40,257 nucleotides of DNA. Origin: Octopus bimaculoides. Its lineage: Eukaryota. Numbering within the stretch: position 1 is the stretch's first letter; the number at the start of each line of letters is the position of its first letter. The translations under genes and the position numbers were made by a program. The stretch is from contig NC_068991.1 of the NCBI RefSeq assembly GCF_001194135.2, positions 61,302,322 to 61,342,578 on the forward strand, read 5' to 3'. Below, one piece after another: positions 34,277 to 40,257 of the stretch. Under the pieces are notes generated by a model, which saw only the letters and a program-made list of their open reading frames with translations, did no database searches and was not told the origin of the DNA.

Positions 34277-34745
34277 ATAATAAATATTAGTAATGGAAGC
34301 AGTTTTAATACCAGATGCCTATGTATTTATAAATGTTTTTATATATTTTTAAATATCTAAGTGTTTTTAAATATTCTATGTGCTTATATTCTGACCTCTA
34401 AATTTTTATTCCTCCATAGTATATCGTGTGAACTTATAACTCACTATGTTTTATATAATATCAATGTTTTTATATCTTATGTGTATATTTTGTACTTATT
34501 TTACTTATATATTTTTTAAAATGCTTATGTATTTATAAATGTTTTTAGATATAATATTTTTAGATATTTACGGGCTTATAAAAATATGTATATGTCTATA
34601 TGCCTGTATCTTATTAATACTTCTGTTATGTTGAGCTTTATGCCACTTTATTAATGCCAAAGTAAGTGTGTATATATATATTGTATATTCTGCTGGATAA
34701 TAGGTCATGTCCCTCTAGTTTTCCGCTCATATTGCCTCCACTCAA

Positions 34746-34798
<53 letters not shown>

Positions 34799-34892
34799 GT
34801 TCTTAGATGTACACATGCCCAATTATATGGCTACGTATCTATATACCCATTATAAATGCTTATCCTAAAAGAAAATAATAACATATATAGGT

Positions 34893-35390
34893 CAGGCACA
34901 TCACGTAACTTTTAGAGGCCCCTGCAACTTTTTGTTTCGAGGCCCCATCTCTTCAATCAAAATTCATAATATATGCGCCTTTTATTCCTAGATGTATTTT
35001 ACTTTATTCTATCTGAAGTCCAATATTTCACATTATCCTAAAGAACATCTTTTAAAGTACAACAAGTTAAATTTATTTAGGTCTATTACAAATTTCAATA
35101 AGTAAAACTTCCAGATATGTGAGTAATAAGGACCAGAATATACAAAGCCAATTTAGATAGGGACGTTTGTGGTACAATGTAATATTTTTACAAGAGCTTT
35201 TGTAGGTACAATGTATTACTCTTTTATTTCCTGATATTTTCAGTTAATATAGAAAGTTTAATTCTAGTTCAACATCTTAACCAAAGTAAATAGATGACTC
35301 ATCTATGCACTTTAATCTTAAAATGGGGCCCCCTCAACTGTGGAGGCCCCCTGCAACCCCTGCAGTTGCAGGGGCTTAGCAATAGCCCTG
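34893..35390. mobile_element. 498-bp non-autonomous hAT-type element
   Basis: Perfect 8-bp TSD ATATAGGT at 34885-34892 and 35391-35398, termini CAGG...CCTG, and subterminal GGCCCCTGCAAC / GTTGCAGGGGC repeats. Confidence 0.8.
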
Positions 35391-35859
35391 ATATAGGTAC
35401 TTGCACACACACAGACCTGCACGTAAATCTCCACAAATGAATGCCATCATAAGATTAAGTTTAATATCAAGTATGTATGTAAACACAAAATCATATATGC
35501 AGACATATGGAAGTTAATTAAAGATAATGGCAAAAATAAGAAATCATAAGACGAAAAAACTGGAATGAGACAGGTGAACAGAGTTACATGTATAGTTATA
35601 AATGCATAAATTTATATGTATGTGTGTAACCCACACATACACACACTCACACGCACATATACATGCATTTAAAGTCTTGGGTATATAGAAAAATGTAACA
35701 TGAAAATATATTCTTTTATTCTTTTATTCTTTTATTTGTTTCAGTCATTTTGACTGCTGCCATGCTGGAGCACCGTCTTTAGATTTCCTTTCAAAGAGTA
35801 TTACATTCATGAAACGATCGTAATATATCTCAAACCATTTAAATAATCATACTTTATAT

Positions 35860-36063
35860 ATCTTTTATTCTTTTACTTGTTTCAGTCTTTTGACTGTGGC
35901 CATGCTGGAGCACCACCTTTAGTCAAGCAACTCGACCCCAGGACTTATTCTTTGTAAGCCTAGTACCTATTCTATTGGTCTCTTTTTTTGTTGAACCGCT
36001 AAGTTACAGGGACATAAACACACTAACATCGATTGTCAAGCGATGGTGGGGAGACAAACACAG

Positions 36064-36096
<33 letters not shown>

Positions 36097-36262
36097 CATA
36101 CGACAAGCTTCTTTAAGTTTCCGTCTACCAAATCCACTCACAAGGCTTTGGTCAGCCCGAGGTTATAGTGGAAGATACTTACCCAAGGTGCCACACAGTG
36201 GGACTGAACCCAGAACCATGTGGCTGGTAAGCAAGCTACTTACCACACAGCCACTCCTGCAC
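35860..36262 (-). mobile_element. Full-length young CTTGGGCAAGTG-family SINE (a second 3' fragment lies at 35705-35785)
   Basis: Close reverse complement of 28891-29277. Confidence 0.9.
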
Positions 36263-36599
36263 CTATAGTTAGCAAGAGTTAAAATATAAGAAGAGACTCA
36301 AAGGAAACAGAAAATGGCCAAAGTAATAAATTAGTTACCAGGAGTAAAAGGTGTGGAAAGTGTGTTAATTTCAGCCTGATCCCCTTATCACCACGAAGTA
36401 GTAACATAGAGGAATAATATCAAATAGATAAAATTGAGAAAGGCCATATTGTGATAATGTAATCTAGATTTGACGTCAATGAAACAACACCTATGTAAAT
36501 GCATCTAACTTAATTTGTAATAATTACACATTGCTAATGTTATCCATTAGGCTCTTATTATCTAACAGACAAAAAGAGGGATATTTACAATCACACAAT

Positions 36600-37172
36600 C
36601 TATTTTAGGGTCCACACGGAGTGTAGTTCAGACTGTTGCACTCCATTACTGCCTTCACCAAATGCATCCCTGATCTCATCAATGACAGGGTTTGTAGGAT
36701 TATAGAAGTCATGTTTAGTCCCAGTGATGTTGTTCTCATTCAGAAGGTTACCATGCATAGGACTTGAACCACAGTCATTTCTCTTGAATCGAATGCAAAG
36801 TGGATCTGTTACATCAGTTACCTCTCTGATTTGACAAGGATATCCTAGGTTATTGTGTATTCTGGGATATTGTGTACATGTCTTGTTAGGGGAATTATCA
36901 TGTAGGCAATGTAGAATGTATATCCAAGTAAGGTCTGTAATCTGGGCAGAGTTTCTAGACTCCTTAATGATAGCTAAGTTATTTAGAGTGTCCATTCTGG
37001 TCCATAGCTTCCCATTGAACTTAATAACAATGCAATGGTCTGTGAGAGAAGTGTTTGTTTCTTTTCTAGTAAGATCAGAGATTTTCATTGCAAATATAAG
37101 TGATTCATTTAGTAAGATCAGAGTAACACTAAAATAATAGTTATCAAAATGTTGACTTGAATGTATTTACAT
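36600..37172 (-). pseudogene. Unexplained coding-like frame: ATG-TAA then 188 open codons; secreted or viral glycoprotein-like, candidate endogenous viral element
   Basis: The ATG at 37172 is in frame with the listed 162-aa ORF. Hydrophobic YYFSVTLILL lies near the N-terminus, with 6 Cys and 4 N-glycosylation sequons (NES, NTS, NKT, NIT). No TE motif recognised; product identity unproven. Confidence 0.45.
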
Positions 37173-37191
37173 TTGCCCCTATTTTTTAAAC
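37171..37191 (-). promoter_or_regulatory. Pneumovirus-like gene-end / gene-start junction
   Basis: Minus strand reads GTTTAAAAAA TA GGGGCAAAT, overlapping the in-frame ATG. The RSV gene-start consensus is GGGGCAAAT preceded by an A-run gene end. Confidence 0.25.
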
Positions 37192-37647
37192 ATCTAAACC
37201 AATTAATAACATTGCTGGTATTATACTATAGGCCTAGTTTAAGTTTGAGACTAAGTTGAGGTATGATCCTACCCAGTAGTACTTTGCTTCTTCTGCCAAT
37301 ATCTAATCTAGATAGGCAAATCAGATGAACAGAAAGTTTGGCAATAAAGTTGTCCTTGTGATCCTTGAGATTGATTTATGGGGATCCAGACTTGAAAGGC
37401 TACAAACCCTTACTCTAATTTAATATTACTAGTTAATCCCGCTTCGTTTGTAGTTAACGATGACTTCTCAAAGAAATTCAATTTCCCTCTCTAGATAACT
37501 CATTAGAAGATGTATGCATAGATTATGCAACACTTTCATTCTCAACAAACACTAGTTCCTATTAAACAATTCCTATCACTTCTTATTTATTCCTAGTTCA
37601 TCAAAATTTCATAAGAATATCGCCTTCCTTTCTCTTTTGGACCGTAT

Positions 37648-38105
37648 TCATCATCATCATCATCATCATCATTTAACGTCCACTTTCCATGCTAGCATGG
37701 GTTGGCCGATTTGACTGGGGAATGGCAAACCAGATGGCTACACCAGACTCCAATCTGATCTGGCAGAGTTTCTACAGCTGGATGCACTTCCTAATGCCAA
37801 CCACTCCGAGAGTGTAGTGGGTGCTTTTTACATGCCACTGGCACGAGGGCCAAGTCCGGCGGTACTGGCAACGGCCATGCTCAAATGGTGTTTTTTACGT
37901 GCCACCTGCACAGGTGTCAGTCACATGTTTTGTTCACATGCCACCGGCACAAGTGCCAGTAAGGAGAAGCTGGAAACGATCGCGCTCAAATGGTGCTTTT
38001 TACATGCCACTGGCACAGAAGCAAGACTGCTGCTCTGGCAGTGATCCTGCTCAGATGGTGTTGTTAGCGTTCCACTGGCACAGGTGCCAGTCATTAAATT
38101 TGGTT
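37648..38105 (-). mobile_element. RTE 3'UTR/tail element with internal subrepeats and a (GAT)n tail
   Basis: Collinear with 4803-5270. Confidence 0.85.
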
Positions 38106-38389
38106 CGAATTCATTTAACATTATTTCATCTAATTATAATGTTCCCTTGTATACTTTTCCTCCAATTTTATTGTCAAGAACACCAAAAACTGAATCCTGT
38201 ATCACTCCTCTATCTTACTGCTTTGTGACAATGAAAGGATCTGGCTATGATTTGTATGCTCGTTACACCTTCTGCTTCTGATAGTTAACTTATTATTTCA
38301 GTTACTTTCCATTTTCCCTGAGTGTTATGTTATATCCTAACTCTTTACTACCTATGTGTTTTCACTTGGTTTTTCTATATACTCAACGA

Positions 38390-38878
38390 TCTTAAATATA
38401 TGTATATGTGTGTATGCATGTGTATGTGTGTGTGTTTTTTGTGTGTATGGATTTATGTGTCTATAACTATACATGTAACTTTGTTCACCTGCCTCGTTTT
38501 AGCTTTTTGTCACATGGATTTTTTTTTTATGTCTGCCATTATGTTTAATTAACTTCCAGTGTACGTCTGCATATATGTATGTATGTGCAACGGGTATGTA
38601 GATATATATTCATGTATTTCACTGTGTGTATATCTAAAAGTATACATGCATGTGCTTCTTTTCTGATATATGCTTCATTGACGATATATCTGTGTGTGTG
38701 TGTGTGTGTGTATGCATATATATATNNNNNNNNNNNNNNNNNNNNNNNNNNNNNNNNNNNNNNNNNNNNNNNNNNNNNNNNNNNNNNNNNNNNNNNNNNN
38801 NNNNNNNNNNNNNNNNNNNNNNNNNNNNNNNNNNNNNNNNNNNNNNNNNNNNNNNNNNNNNNNNNNNNNNNNNNNNNN

Positions 38879-38909
<31 letters not shown>

Positions 38910-39185
38910 CATATATTTATACGTATGTATTATGTATGTATGCTTGCATGTATGTATGTGTGTATGCATGTATGTATGCCTGTGTATATGTATATATGTA
39001 TGTATTATGTATGTATGTATGTATGTATATCTACATACATGTGTATTTGTTTAAACATGTTTATATGTGTAGCTATAGTGATATGTATTCACTGATATAC
39101 CTCATATGTGTGCATCTACATAGTTTGTGTGTGTGCATGTGCCTGTGTAGAATACTGTCTTCATGTGCATATATATATGTACACA
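38390..39185. repeat. (TG)n/(TA)n/(TATG)n degenerate microsatellite field around gap 38726-38878
   Basis: Directly visible. Confidence 0.85.
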
Positions 39186-39974
39186 TACCAGTAACTTACT
39201 ACTGGCACCTTTGTCCTTATTCTTATTCTTTCTTTGTTTCTGTTTTCATTCCCTTTCTTTCCTCTTTCCCATTTCTCCATATGAGTTTTTATTGCTCCTC
39301 TTTATCCTAAGCAATGAATATCCCAGCTTTTGGCCTGCCGGCTTCTCATTGTTGATGCAACATATACATTTATGAGATTATAGTCTGCTGCAGTCACTAC
39401 AATAATTTGTGTATGCTGAGAACAAAATGAAATCACACCCCTAAGGTAATCAGTGAGTAAGTACACCATTGGTTCTTTACCTGTTCCAATCCCCACTCCA
39501 ACCTTTTCTTTATTCTTTCTGCTAGCTCAGCTTTTTTTTGCATTCTTCATTATACCACGCTATTTACAAATAAACAGTCATATCAACCCGATGAAAAAGT
39601 ACACCAGATGGCTACAAGACATTTGCAATGTTACATAAGATAAAGCTGAACTACTTTTGAAACAAATGTAGAGCTTGACTACCTCTCCCGTTCTTTTTTA
39701 TTTACAGTTTTGATTACCATGTTATAAGCAATCTTTGTTGCTTACAAAATAGAGCTGTATAGCAGCTGTTATCTTCTTGAAATTATATGTCTTATCAGGA
39801 TATGAGATAAACTGTATTTGATGCATTGATTAATAAACTTCATTGATTAAATAATAAGTGATGTGTATTTTCTATAAAAGCTGTGTTTATGCTAGAGACT
39901 AACTGTGTTATCCCACAATGCTTTGACTGATCCTGTGCATGTGTGTGTGTGTGCATGTGCGTGTGTGTGTGCAT

Positions 39975-40215
39975 GCACACATGTCTGTGTGTGTTAGTGT
40001 CCCCTTGTCTTGACATCGTGTCATAGTAGTAAACAAATATCACTATCATACAAGTGGTAGCTTTCATTTCCTATCTTCTGTTAAAACCTGTCTGGCACTG
40101 GGGAAAGCGTACCTTACTTTAAAAACACTGAGGGTTGGCAACTGGAAAACCAGCCAGCTATAGAAAATCTTCCTCAATAAATTACATCTGACCCATACAA
40201 ACACAGAAAGGAGGA
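39975..40215 (+). mobile_element. SINE-like repeat with an RTE-type tail, followed by (TA)n to the window end
   Basis: GTCCCCTTGTCTTGACATC...GGGTTGGCAACTGGAAAACCAGCCAGCTATAGAAAATC, similar to 29615-29830. Confidence 0.5.
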
Positions 40216-40222
40216 TATATAC

Positions 40223-40257
<35 letters not shown>

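Noticed and set aside
37067-37123. 14-bp direct repeat TAGTAAGATCAGAG 43 bp apart inside the orphan ORF
   Set aside because: Out of frame with itself, and it does not delimit a recognisable insert; not treated as a TSD.
39300-39760. Polypyrimidine tracts with AG and GT signals suggesting plus-strand exons
   Set aside because: All three frames close between the candidate acceptors and donors.

Overview
Eukaryotic, AT-rich, repeat-saturated draft-assembly window with 10 N-gaps, most sitting in or beside microsatellites. It is most likely octopus or another coleoid, inferred from the SINE and LINE families and the microsatellite load. No complete host gene can be supported; three isolated exon-like segments are candidates only (941-1018, 5922-6058, 7615-7692). 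Most of the window is decayed mobile DNA: four Tc1/mariner remnants (one full length with TIRs and TA), a mariner MITE, a hAT MITE with an 8-bp TSD, RTE-clade LINE fragments and their 3' tails, a CR1/L2 remnant, an R4/Dong-type restriction-like-endonuclease (RLE) retrotransposon end inside a (TACA)n tract, and at least three tRNA-derived SINE families. Most interesting: (1) an unexplained 188-codon glycoprotein-like open frame (minus strand, 36600-37172) preceded by a pneumovirus-like gene junction (GTTTAAAAAA-TA-GGGGCAAAT), a candidate endogenous negative-strand RNA virus fragment that needs a homology search; (2) a 3.4-kb array of about 19 tandem copies of one SINE body with recurring variant units; (3) Penelope-type minimal hammerhead ribozyme motifs, one inside a 380-bp foldback; (4) multi-level nested insertions with readable TSDs. 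All family assignments come from recalled motifs; no database search was run.
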